Positions 31,001-39,414 of a stretch of DNA of 64,000 nucleotides are shown here, one piece after another (position 1 is the first letter of the stretch; every line of letters begins with the position of its first letter). The stretch is taken from positions 799 to 64,798 of the forward strand of contig CAZSJW010000006.1 of the NCBI GenBank assembly GCA_964607285.1, in the 5' to 3' direction. The position numbers were made by a program, and so were the translations under genes. The stretch comes from an uncultured Pseudomonadales bacterium (GTDB lineage: Bacteria; Patescibacteriota; Microgenomatia; UBA1400; PJMF01). The notes under the pieces are model-generated. The model worked only from the letters and a program-made list of their open reading frames with translations, made no database searches and was not told where the DNA came from.

Positions 31001-31588
31001 GAACCTGGTCTAGCATCTGCTAGATCATTGGGGCAAGAAGTAACACACCATCTAAGTTTGCTTAACTTTGATAGTAGTGCACCAGACGTAAGAGTCGCAT
31101 TTGCGGCTACAATCACTGGTTTAGTCTCAGAAGGCATACTCCCCGATCAAGTCGCTAAAGCCATTATCAGCATGGGAGACAAATTGTTAGTCAACTGGAT
31201 TGTGTACAAGCAACTTGTTCGAGACTGCGCACCCGAGATCACGGATGAACATGGCTATCAGCTAGCCGTACACCTCATAAGCTTCATTGTTTCGGTCAGT
31301 AGTATTCTTTTGCACACTCGTGAACTTAGTGATGAGGAAATTGAGTATTTGACGGAATTTTCAAACAAAATGACCATTGTGGTTGCCAGCGGAGATAAAG
31401 TCCTGAAACCTCACTTCGCAATTGTTAAACTACAAAAATTGATTACTTCAATTGTCATGGCCCATAATCGCCCAGACAAAGAAGAAGGCCACTATGTTAT
31501 GGGTAACTTTGAAGAAAACATGCAACTGATTTGTGACTGCATTTCAGCTATGATCGAGCCTGATACAGCACCTTCCATCCCCACTTAA
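28019..31588 (+). CDS. Large orphan protein with a C-terminal alpha/beta-hydrolase domain
   Basis: 1189 aa ORF; HNGWGGS, nucleophile elbow GHSMGG, VASGDKVL (Asp), EEGHY (His). Confidence 0.75.
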   Translation: MIETLLAMTLEQHIEHISPIELYMEPVVRMLMFQPGLELELVEAEEVYTLIKAYKELVPLAENSEQLLAQAKSLFTSYKHPRDAFSAFLLELSTRIQTLATRVHTTEAAHQNGTHAQLQSEEIGNHTSQATSEHSITKIQIPTPLPANTGQVFGRYNLELDLAIKNAQSLLTGASVSHLLSTDIFVFKKSNLFANTKQQEHTQHPSELFGTILHVNNGDTVLLIDSSGTASRYTQGTYSHLDLTHSTLLSILRKGTESETFQIHHTQDTARSELTPLTYMPHPAFKRIQMEMYSCIATIGATQEYWAFPNFLEILETAQKAVLERKNIPLVRDRLFKALDSYPFFDSSNELRATRERWKDMLNGCLSGGWNASVRTQELVSAWCKPQDATPPKLSFKQADAFYQSVFSQDKLNSLYNDWVSAGVISQHERETLQAEERYAFTGGSIWTLTEALIAHIAEPTRKQLVHEKVVNLCYQLKANADVQNLTLSDFLKRMSLLASEIPELIQTFSTPLVWEYLHSEVTGSYTDVWNAIIARVCLSIEQDQLLITDAQRREKFRTKTGQVIDTLRYDPEGNELIVKCLLSELVGESNPLRYYFRARSQAAENILQFSIPLASRPDLQKAIDLARNTSTSSKFDQQDIEEALLLRSLGSCIAGDADSCLALHLEGADSQAVDTLIEQLIHAAFPRNASAAPSDMQEQLDAQGLLTTLARQSVNNTKNQQISEFPRSIFKENQAFIANNPERQAQLSSFLLRPEKIEQKQILHAELKNLVSEIFNPNSQIHTSYPELALLVANTLRKFVVAHSIDSRAATNQQLIDILKKIEITIMEHNGWGGSEVSYNPFNRFAAKQERFKQALFISSAHMNSTGTGVIPYDEHRSILLTRREANQQDFSTFASWQIELTKRLGALASKEVVLMGHSMGGLVVLFCALLLPRELWEKTSIVSLTPVITNNNGTINMSEFVSLLRQHSQLWETFKSTDIIKTICNVKSAADVEPGLASARSLGQEVTHHLSLLNFDSSAPDVRVAFAATITGLVSEGILPDQVAKAIISMGDKLLVNWIVYKQLVRDCAPEITDEHGYQLAVHLISFIVSVSSILLHTRELSDEEIEYLTEFSNKMTIVVASGDKVLKPHFAIVKLQKLITSIVMAHNRPDKEEGHYVMGNFEENMQLICDCISAMIEPDTAPSIPT

Positions 31589-34160
31589 TACCCTCTACTA
31601 CAAACACAATTCCCACACTTGTAGAACCGATCACGCCCCAGTGAGTTATACCTAACGGCACTAACCCCAACAGTCTGCTCAGCGGAGCAAAATACACGGG
31701 AACAAGTGTTAGCAGAAATGCAAATGCAACTGCTGCGAACAAATATCGCTGGCCGCGCAACGTAATATGCCAAAACGGTTTATTCAAGGATCTGCATGAA
31801 AAAATGTATAGTAATGAACTACAGTTCAATAAACCAAACGCCATAGTTCTTGCTGTGAGTTCTCCATAGATCGGTAGATACTGCGCGAAAAGAACCAATG
31901 TGCTAAAGCCTGTAACCAATGAAATGACAATGATTAATAGCTTCATTTGAGTCGTAATTAAGCTTTCAAGATTGCTAATTGGAGGCTGTTTTAGTAAATT
32001 CTTCTCTTTTGGATCAATCACTAATGCCAAGCTCGGTAACGCCTCCTTGACTATATTTATCCATAACACCTGAGTTGCAGTAATAGCCAATGGCAATCCA
32101 AGCAGTAACGAACCCATAACTAGAATCACCTCAGAGAAAGTGTCACTTAATAAATATAGAATTACTTTTCTCAAGTTAGCAAATATGCCTCTCCCTTCTT
32201 CCACTGCAGCTAGAATCGTCTCAAAGTTAGAATCTAGCAAGACTATATCCGCCACCTCCTGAGCAACCTCAGTTGCATCCCCCACCACTAATCCAATATC
32301 TGCAGCAGACAACGCAGGCGCATCATTTACTCCATCTCCCATCATCGCTACAATCTCTCCGTTGGCCTTCAAAGCTTTTACAATTCTTAGTTTCTGGGAT
32401 GGTTTAGTTCGAGCAAATAACACCGTATGTTTGACAGCTACCTGTAATTGTTGGTCTGTCATATCTAGCAACTGATACCCCTCAATGACTGCCTCATCAG
32501 GCACAATACGCCCCACCGATGCCAACACTGCCTGTGCAGTTTCACGATAGTCACCAGTGATAATTTTTACTGCAATTCCTGCACGTTCAGCAGCTACTAA
32601 AGTAGTTGTCACACTGGGGCGAACAGGATCTTCAAAACCTAATAACCCTACCCAATGACCTGAGGTGATCACTTGGTTTTTTTGCAGTGATGAAAACACC
32701 TTCTTTGCATCAGCAATGGTTTTACACTTCCAGCGCACAGTACCTATCACCCGCTTGCCTGCTGCTGCCCAATCCCTAGCGGTTGCAGTTGCAGATTTTC
32801 TATCGGATGCTGTAACAGATGCTGCACAATAATGAATAATTGTATCTGGTGCTCCCAACATTGAGATCTCCAAACCATGTCTAGTAGCTAAAAAACGCCG
32901 CTCACTTGAAAACGGAATTAAATCATCGCGCTGGACATCTCTAATAAGTTCATGAGGAGTTTCCAAATCTCGATGCGTTGTTGCGAAACTTTCAGCCCAT
33001 CTCCACCGAGCTAACTCTAGTGGATCTCTTTGCTCATTGGCCAACACACTAACTCTGTACCCAAGCTTAGGATCTGCAAACTCAGTAGCAACAACTCTAA
33101 GTTTTCCTTCGGTCAAAGTACCCGTTTTATCCAGACAAACAACAGTTACTGTACCAAGCGTTTCTGCAGCAACCAAATTACGAACGAGAGCTTTTCGTTT
33201 CAAAATTCGATGCATACCAATCGCTAAAATTGAGGTCAAAGCAATAACTAAGCCTTCAGGAATAGCTGAAACTGCAAGTGCTACCGAAACTGAAAACATC
33301 TCAACTAGATCGCGCATGCCTACTACCCCATACACAAAAATAAGTACCGTCATCAAGATAACCAAACCAGCTAAATTACGCGCCAAGTACTGTAATCTGC
33401 GTTCAAGTGGAGTTTGCTCATCAGACTCATCAGTGATTGCGGCTGCAATGCTACCCATTTCTGTATCTGCACCAATCTTGATGCTAATAAAGGTTCCTGA
33501 ACCCCCAGCTACAGTTGTACCCATATACACCTGTTGAGTACTGCTTATGTCTGTTTTACCACTCTGCTGTTGCAATACTCTATCTAGATCAGACACTGTA
33601 CTGAGCAGCAACTTTTCTGAAACTGCTTGCTTTTCAACTGAGACACTTTCCCCTGTTAATGTAGCCTCGTTGACGAATAAATCATGTGCCTCAACAACTA
33701 CACCGTCGGCGGGAATTTTATCTCCCTCGTAGAGTGTTACTACATCATAAGGAACTAACCCTGGCACTGCTACTTTGTGTCTCTTTCCAGAACGTATCAC
33801 CCAGGTTTCTGGCGTAAGTACCGATTTTAATGACTGCAAGGATGAAAAAGCTTTTTTTTCCTGATAAAAACCCAGTACGCTATTGAGTAAAACTGCAGCT
33901 AGAATAACAAAAGTATCTGTCCAATCTCGTAATAATGCGGTAAAAACAGATGCTGCCAATAGAACAAGAATTAACGGACTTGCTAGCTGTCGTATAAAAA
34001 AAGTCAGGTTGCTAGGAAGTCTCTTAGAAGGCAATATATTTGGCCCAAATCGTGTATGTAATGTTTCAACTGTTGCTGGAGAAAGACCACGCTTTGCATG
34101 CTCATCGAGGGATATATCGAGGTATTCATCTGTGTGTAGCATGTGTATGTGTTCCGACAA
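31548..34160 (-). CDS. Cation-transporting P-type ATPase (P2A-like)
   Basis: TGES, PEGL, DKTGTLT, DPVR, TGD, GDGVNDAPAL. Confidence 0.95.
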   Translation of the reverse strand: MSEHIHMLHTDEYLDISLDEHAKRGLSPATVETLHTRFGPNILPSKRLPSNLTFFIRQLASPLILVLLAASVFTALLRDWTDTFVILAAVLLNSVLGFYQEKKAFSSLQSLKSVLTPETWVIRSGKRHKVAVPGLVPYDVVTLYEGDKIPADGVVVEAHDLFVNEATLTGESVSVEKQAVSEKLLLSTVSDLDRVLQQQSGKTDISSTQQVYMGTTVAGGSGTFISIKIGADTEMGSIAAAITDESDEQTPLERRLQYLARNLAGLVILMTVLIFVYGVVGMRDLVEMFSVSVALAVSAIPEGLVIALTSILAIGMHRILKRKALVRNLVAAETLGTVTVVCLDKTGTLTEGKLRVVATEFADPKLGYRVSVLANEQRDPLELARWRWAESFATTHRDLETPHELIRDVQRDDLIPFSSERRFLATRHGLEISMLGAPDTIIHYCAASVTASDRKSATATARDWAAAGKRVIGTVRWKCKTIADAKKVFSSLQKNQVITSGHWVGLLGFEDPVRPSVTTTLVAAERAGIAVKIITGDYRETAQAVLASVGRIVPDEAVIEGYQLLDMTDQQLQVAVKHTVLFARTKPSQKLRIVKALKANGEIVAMMGDGVNDAPALSAADIGLVVGDATEVAQEVADIVLLDSNFETILAAVEEGRGIFANLRKVILYLLSDTFSEVILVMGSLLLGLPLAITATQVLWINIVKEALPSLALVIDPKEKNLLKQPPISNLESLITTQMKLLIIVISLVTGFSTLVLFAQYLPIYGELTARTMAFGLLNCSSLLYIFSCRSLNKPFWHITLRGQRYLFAAVAFAFLLTLVPVYFAPLSRLLGLVPLGITHWGVIGSTSVGIVFVVEGIKWGWKVLYQARS

Positions 34161-34176
34161 GATACTTAAAATCTAT

Positions 34177-35076
34177 TCATCGCAACTTCTCAATCAATTC
34201 TTGTACTGAATGAGTGGAGACTTCATCAATCAACTCAGTGGCAATACTAAGCCGATTGGCTTGTTTCTGCATAAATGGGATACTAGTTTTTTCCTGAAAT
34301 AGAACTCCTGTCGCAATGTGCTCTTCTAAGTCTTCTGATATCTTGAGTGCACTCATCCAATCACTAGTATCATACCCGTTTACACTTTGCACATCAAAGA
34401 CGCGTTTCTGATACCACTCATGCGGTGTAGCTTTGTTATAGGTAGGACAGTTTTGTAAAATCTCCACAAAACTAAAGCCAGGATGCCGTAAGGCCGCTTG
34501 CAACGTCTGAGTCATGTGCTTGATGTCACCAGAAAAACTGCGGGCAACAAAGGTAGCTTTCAGCGATAATGCCAGTCGTGCAGGATGTACTGGCTCTGAA
34601 GTAATACCATCTGGTGAAGCATTCATCTTCATCCCGACTTTTGTTGTTGGCGATGCTTGCCCCTGAGTAAGTCCATAGTTTAAATTGTTGTGAAAAACAA
34701 ATGTAACATTGAAGTTAGCACGAACAGCGTGCACAAAATGACCAATTCCTTCACCAAACGTTGCCCCGTCACCTCCGAAAGCTACTACCTTGACTCGCTG
34801 GTTGGCTATTGCAGCACCCCCAGCAAAGGAAAGCACTCGTCCGTGCAAGCCATGAAAACGGTACCCACCAATCTTATCAGAGCCATTACCGTTGCAGCCG
34901 ATATCAAAACACATAAGTGTTTGACAGGGCTTTATTCCTTCAGCTACCAATGCACGTTTCACAGCTGCATGGATACCATAGTTGCCACAGTTAGTACACC
35001 AGGTGTAAATATTTTGCGAGTAATAGTCTGCTACAGTCGGTGGTGCGACAGTCGTGCAGGTTGAACAACCACTCAT
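34177..35076 (-). CDS. 2-oxoacid:ferredoxin oxidoreductase beta subunit (TPP-binding)
   Basis: WCTNCGNYG, DIGC, HGLHGR, GGDG, NNLNYGLTQGQASPT, QNCPTYN; ATG 35076 overlaps the alpha TGA; SD AAGGAGG. Confidence 0.93.
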   Translation of the reverse strand: MSGCSTCTTVAPPTVADYYSQNIYTWCTNCGNYGIHAAVKRALVAEGIKPCQTLMCFDIGCNGNGSDKIGGYRFHGLHGRVLSFAGGAAIANQRVKVVAFGGDGATFGEGIGHFVHAVRANFNVTFVFHNNLNYGLTQGQASPTTKVGMKMNASPDGITSEPVHPARLALSLKATFVARSFSGDIKHMTQTLQAALRHPGFSFVEILQNCPTYNKATPHEWYQKRVFDVQSVNGYDTSDWMSALKISEDLEEHIATGVLFQEKTSIPFMQKQANRLSIATELIDEVSTHSVQELIEKLR

Positions 35077-36914
35077 ACTGCCTCCTTGCGTTGTGTATCT
35101 ATGTTGGAGGTCACCCCAAATCGTTTTTCTAAGTACTCCCACACATCCTCCACAAAGAATGGCCTGCCATCATACTTCAAACATTTCTCCACAAATAAAT
35201 ATCCTGTATGCTGAGTAATCAGGCCACCTAGCTGACCCAATGCATTTTGCTCAATTAAAATTACCCGCTCCACCCGCTGAACTACCTCTAGAAAAATCTC
35301 AGGCTTAAGTGGATACAAGTACGTGTAGTGAAGATAGCTAAAAGCATGATCGGGGTGTAGTTCATTCCAACGTATCTGCACATCCAATACAGTATTTTTG
35401 ACACTACCCCAACCCACAAATACAACCGAGGCTGAGACTGGACCAAATAGCTCAGGATCAGGCAGCTTTTCAATCAGAGAACTTTCCTTCCGTAAACGCT
35501 TGTCGTACATTGCTTTGGAGTCAATTGCGGCTTCTGTAAGACTGCCGTCCTCAAGGTGTTCGTCGCTATTGCCAACAAAAGTGGCATCAACTTCCCCTGG
35601 CAACCAACGGAGAGAAACACCAGATTCCGTGATTTTGAATCGATCTTCAGGTTCTAGCTTCTGAAGGTCACCTGCATGCACTAGGTTTCGTTCAATTGGA
35701 ATTGCCGCAGGCAACTCATCTAGTTGAAAGAGTGACTCAGCAATCTGCTTGTCAGTCATAACAATAACTGGTATCTGAAACTCCTCTGCGTAATTAAAAG
35801 CATGCTGAATCAGCGTATAACAATCAGCAGCATTGCTTGCGGCTATAACCAACCGCGTAAACTCTCCATGTCCAGCATATACCGCTAGATTAAGATCAGC
35901 AGAAGAAGTCCAAGTGGGTAACCCCGTAGCTGGACCAGGACGTTGTGCCAAGATACAGACAAATGGTGTTTCGGTAATTGCTGAGAGAGAGAGCGATTCT
36001 GTCATCAAGTCGAAACCACCACCAGAAGTGCCAACCAGTGCGCGGGTCCCCATAAACATTGACCCTAATGCCATCTGAGCAACTGAAATTTCATCTTCCA
36101 CTTGTTTAACCAACATACCCGTTTGATGGTACCAACCGGCCAAAAATGTCAAAATTGATGAACTTGGCGTCATTGGGTATGCATAATACGCACGTACACC
36201 TGCAGATACTGCCCCTAGCGCAAGAGAATGATTTCCTGTAAGTAATAAATCATCACCCCTTGAGTGCTCAATCTGACAATAGTTAGTAAGCGTTACTGGT
36301 TTTAGTATTTCAGGTAGCGGCCAAACAAAACCTGCCTGCAAGCAAGCTGTATTGGGGGCAATTACCTTGGGTTTATCAGCAAACTCTCTCTCCATTACTT
36401 TTGTAGCCAGCTCCAATGGCAAACTGAGTACCTGCCAAAGCACTCCTATCAAAAATGTATTGGACATCACTCGAGTTCCACCTGCAGCGATTGCCTCCTC
36501 TACTGCAGGAACATATACAACGATAAGGTGCCGCTCTGCTATCAACTCCAACTCGGACTGAGAAAGGTCCATTCGAGGTATAGTGTGCAAAACAATGCCT
36601 CCGAAACGCACAGTCGGCAAATACTCATGTACTGACACACGACTCAAACACAACAGTACACTACAGTCTCTAGATGGAGCTAAAACAGGAGTGCCAGAAA
36701 CATCGGTCTGGTGAGAAGCAAATCCACCCTTGATTAGTGAGGGATACTCACGATACCCGAAAGTAAAAAAACATGATTGTTTAAGCGAGCGAGCAATTAT
36801 TTCTCCAACCGAGTTTACCCCTTGCCCAGACTCCCCACCTACTTTTATGGTATACCGATGTAGTGCGCTAGCTTGTTGTGTAAGTTCTTGCATACGAGTA
36901 TTCTCAACTCCCAT
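35073..36914 (-). CDS. 2-oxoacid:acceptor oxidoreductase alpha subunit (gamma-alpha fusion)
   Basis: GGESGQG, EYPSLIKGG, YPMTPSS, QVEDEI, TSGGGFDLMTE, QRPGPATGLPT. Confidence 0.95.
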   Translation of the reverse strand: MGVENTRMQELTQQASALHRYTIKVGGESGQGVNSVGEIIARSLKQSCFFTFGYREYPSLIKGGFASHQTDVSGTPVLAPSRDCSVLLCLSRVSVHEYLPTVRFGGIVLHTIPRMDLSQSELELIAERHLIVVYVPAVEEAIAAGGTRVMSNTFLIGVLWQVLSLPLELATKVMEREFADKPKVIAPNTACLQAGFVWPLPEILKPVTLTNYCQIEHSRGDDLLLTGNHSLALGAVSAGVRAYYAYPMTPSSSILTFLAGWYHQTGMLVKQVEDEISVAQMALGSMFMGTRALVGTSGGGFDLMTESLSLSAITETPFVCILAQRPGPATGLPTWTSSADLNLAVYAGHGEFTRLVIAASNAADCYTLIQHAFNYAEEFQIPVIVMTDKQIAESLFQLDELPAAIPIERNLVHAGDLQKLEPEDRFKITESGVSLRWLPGEVDATFVGNSDEHLEDGSLTEAAIDSKAMYDKRLRKESSLIEKLPDPELFGPVSASVVFVGWGSVKNTVLDVQIRWNELHPDHAFSYLHYTYLYPLKPEIFLEVVQRVERVILIEQNALGQLGGLITQHTGYLFVEKCLKYDGRPFFVEDVWEYLEKRFGVTSNIDTQRKEAV

Positions 36915-37383
36915 TCTCAGGATTCACATTGATAAGTTTCAGCAATGCATCCGCCCAAGGTTTAATCACAGCATCATATTTAGCAAATGGCTCTCCATTG
37001 AACTTAAGGGGTGTAGATACTGCAGTACCCCCACGCTCAATCCAACGGTTTTTTAGTGATTCCATGCCACCGCAAAAAAGAACGGGCTCATAGCGAACAT
37101 CTCCCATACCAATAAACGCCGCACGTTTGTTGTGACAATCCGTATTCTTGAGTTCTTCAAACAGAACAGAAAAAAAAGGATTTATTGCACCATGATCCCA
37201 AGTAGAAGTAGCAAGTAAAAAGGTGTCGTACTGCTTCCAAATGTTTGGATCGGCTTGCTCAGCTCGATGTAGCTCAACAGTAATTCCAGCCTCCTGCCAT
37301 ACGTGCACCACTTGCTCAACTACCCACTCAGTATTTCCAGAGGTAGAGGCATACACAGCACAAATTGATCCTACACTTTGCAT
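36904..37383 (-). CDS. Flavodoxin
   Basis: VYASTSGNTE, ATSTWDHG, GMGDVRY..FCG; start taken at ATG 37383. Confidence 0.9.
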   Translation of the reverse strand: MQSVGSICAVYASTSGNTEWVVEQVVHVWQEAGITVELHRAEQADPNIWKQYDTFLLATSTWDHGAINPFFSVLFEELKNTDCHNKRAAFIGMGDVRYEPVLFCGGMESLKNRWIERGGTAVSTPLKFNGEPFAKYDAVIKPWADALLKLINVNPENGS

Positions 37384-37389
37384 TACACC

Positions 37390-37418
37390 ATAATACGAAT
37401 TTACCTCTTGCATTGCAA
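37390..37418 (-). promoter_or_regulatory. Promoter of the flavodoxin-OFOR unit (leaderless geometry)
   Basis: TTGCAA-17 nt-TATTAT-6 nt-ATG. Confidence 0.6.
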
Positions 37419-37486
37419 TTGCAATACACAGACATTCTGGAAAACGCTATACTTAAAGTCATTGAAACCATCTAGAAAAACACATA

Positions 37487-39406
37487 ATGGAAATTCGTGA
37501 CCAATACAAACCATGGCTAGACACTGCAACGGAAGAAGAAACTGTATACAAAAGAGTGGTAGACAGAACTGAAGAATCAATAGCTTATTTACCAGAAGCC
37601 GATCAGTTGAGTGCGTATCTTACCTTCTACAGAGATCAACTATTTAATATTCACGTTCGCAGTAACCCACAGCTCCTAAAAATACTCAAGAACTCAATTG
37701 GTAAAAACGCCACTCTCAAGAAAAATCCACCTGCAGAAACAGGGTGTGGAATGTCCAGTAGCAACAAGTATTCAAATACTGAAGTTTGGCAACACACCTT
37801 AGAACAGACCATACCAACACTAGGATTTCATGAGTATTTCTCCCAAATTTTTGACCTAATCCAACACTACCTAACCATTGAAGAACCCTACAGCGTTGCA
37901 AGCAATGACGCTGAAATGGAAATGCAGCGAATGTTGTTTTTTTGCATCGATGCAAACACTGCTGCAGAGTATTCAACCGTGTTAGGTTTTTTAAGAAATG
38001 ACGTAGTACATTCACTGCGGGAAGTTATCAAAGAGCGAAACCGCCGAAAATTTGGTGAAAGCTACACACGAATTAACTCGTCACTTCTTGACCCATATTT
38101 CAGTTTAGATTCAAACTGCACATACCTGGTTCACTCACTTGACTCAACTAAACTACTGGGGCTTGGCAATCAAAAAAATAACACTGACCGCCAACGGTAC
38201 TTCGTGCACAGAATCGCAAGTGCAGATCTGCCAATTGCCGAAAAATTGGAAATACTACAGTTGTATGCAGAAGCTCTGCAACTAAAAAACTCAAACCAGA
38301 GACGTGAACACCAAGTTGCTGCTCTCAAAGAAAAGTGCCAGTTACTTTTGGGGGATACAAAAAACTCATCTGCATACACAGTGTTGGAGATAATTTTAGC
38401 TGAAAACTTTCAGACAGTGACGCCTTTTGTTGTCACATCTGAAGTGACAGCTGAGAGACCTCCAGAGGATCGACTAACAATTACTCAAGATGATCTAGCA
38501 AGTATCTCTTCACCACTTGTCATACCACCGTTAGTGATCACTGGTGATGACCTTGTTTCAATACCTTCCTCAAACTTCCCATCACTCCAAATGCCAATCG
38601 CTGTTACACAAAGTGACTTGCCAGCTGATGCCCCAAGATTAGTTATAACTCCTCAACACATCGCTGAGACGGAGCTAAGAGCTCCACATCGCTTGGTAGT
38701 TTCCCGAGAACGAAATGGTCTAAACGGTAATTCTTGGTTTAATGAACGAGTGCCTGATGCACATTCTCCACACCTCACAGAGGAGAGACTTGCAGAGCAA
38801 AACGAGTTTGCGGACTACTTAGCATGGAAATTCGTACGAGTAAATGAAACCACGTTGAAAGCAAATATCAGAGATAACTGGGATCAGCTGATACTCGATA
38901 ATGACCCTCACAAAATACTCAGAGCAGCAGGTTTGGGATTCAGAAAAGAAATTTGGCTTAAAGTTGCAAGAAGTGTTGAGGGCATGATCACAAGATTGGC
39001 TGCGCAAAACAAAGATGAGATGCACTTCTTAGTGGAAAGACACCCTGCAAGCCCACACGAGTATTGTGGTGTACTCTACGTACCTGAACACGAGGACGAG
39101 GCTGAACAATGGCGTTTTGGTTTTCCCAACTCTTGTATGAGAGTTGGTGTGGGCTTAATAGAAAACCGCGGAAGCCATGAAAACCTCGGAAGAATTATTT
39201 CTCTGCCAATTATGAACGAGAACGAAGTGATCCACAAATACATCGTTCCATTTGAAGTTGCTAGTGCCAGAAGAAATAAAACAACAGAAGTAACAACGCA
39301 AAACTCTCCTTACTTCATTGTGGCGGGCTTGTATGGAAAATACGCCAACGATCAATCCTACCCAATACACGAATGGGTACAATCCCACCCGCACCTGAGA
39401 CCATAA
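37487..39406 (+). CDS. Orphan 639 aa protein with internal short peptide repeats
   Basis: Long ORF; repeats LTITQDDL, LVITGDDL, IAVTQSDL, LVITPQHI. Confidence 0.7.
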   Translation: MEIRDQYKPWLDTATEEETVYKRVVDRTEESIAYLPEADQLSAYLTFYRDQLFNIHVRSNPQLLKILKNSIGKNATLKKNPPAETGCGMSSSNKYSNTEVWQHTLEQTIPTLGFHEYFSQIFDLIQHYLTIEEPYSVASNDAEMEMQRMLFFCIDANTAAEYSTVLGFLRNDVVHSLREVIKERNRRKFGESYTRINSSLLDPYFSLDSNCTYLVHSLDSTKLLGLGNQKNNTDRQRYFVHRIASADLPIAEKLEILQLYAEALQLKNSNQRREHQVAALKEKCQLLLGDTKNSSAYTVLEIILAENFQTVTPFVVTSEVTAERPPEDRLTITQDDLASISSPLVIPPLVITGDDLVSIPSSNFPSLQMPIAVTQSDLPADAPRLVITPQHIAETELRAPHRLVVSRERNGLNGNSWFNERVPDAHSPHLTEERLAEQNEFADYLAWKFVRVNETTLKANIRDNWDQLILDNDPHKILRAAGLGFRKEIWLKVARSVEGMITRLAAQNKDEMHFLVERHPASPHEYCGVLYVPEHEDEAEQWRFGFPNSCMRVGVGLIENRGSHENLGRIISLPIMNENEVIHKYIVPFEVASARRNKTTEVTTQNSPYFIVAGLYGKYANDQSYPIHEWVQSHPHLRP

Positions 39407-39414
39407 AAGTTGCT

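Noticed and set aside
37412-37425. Palindrome ATTGCAATTGCAAT as an operator
   Set aside because: Low complexity and coincides with the flavodoxin -35 (TTGCAA); no second copy linking it to a regulator.
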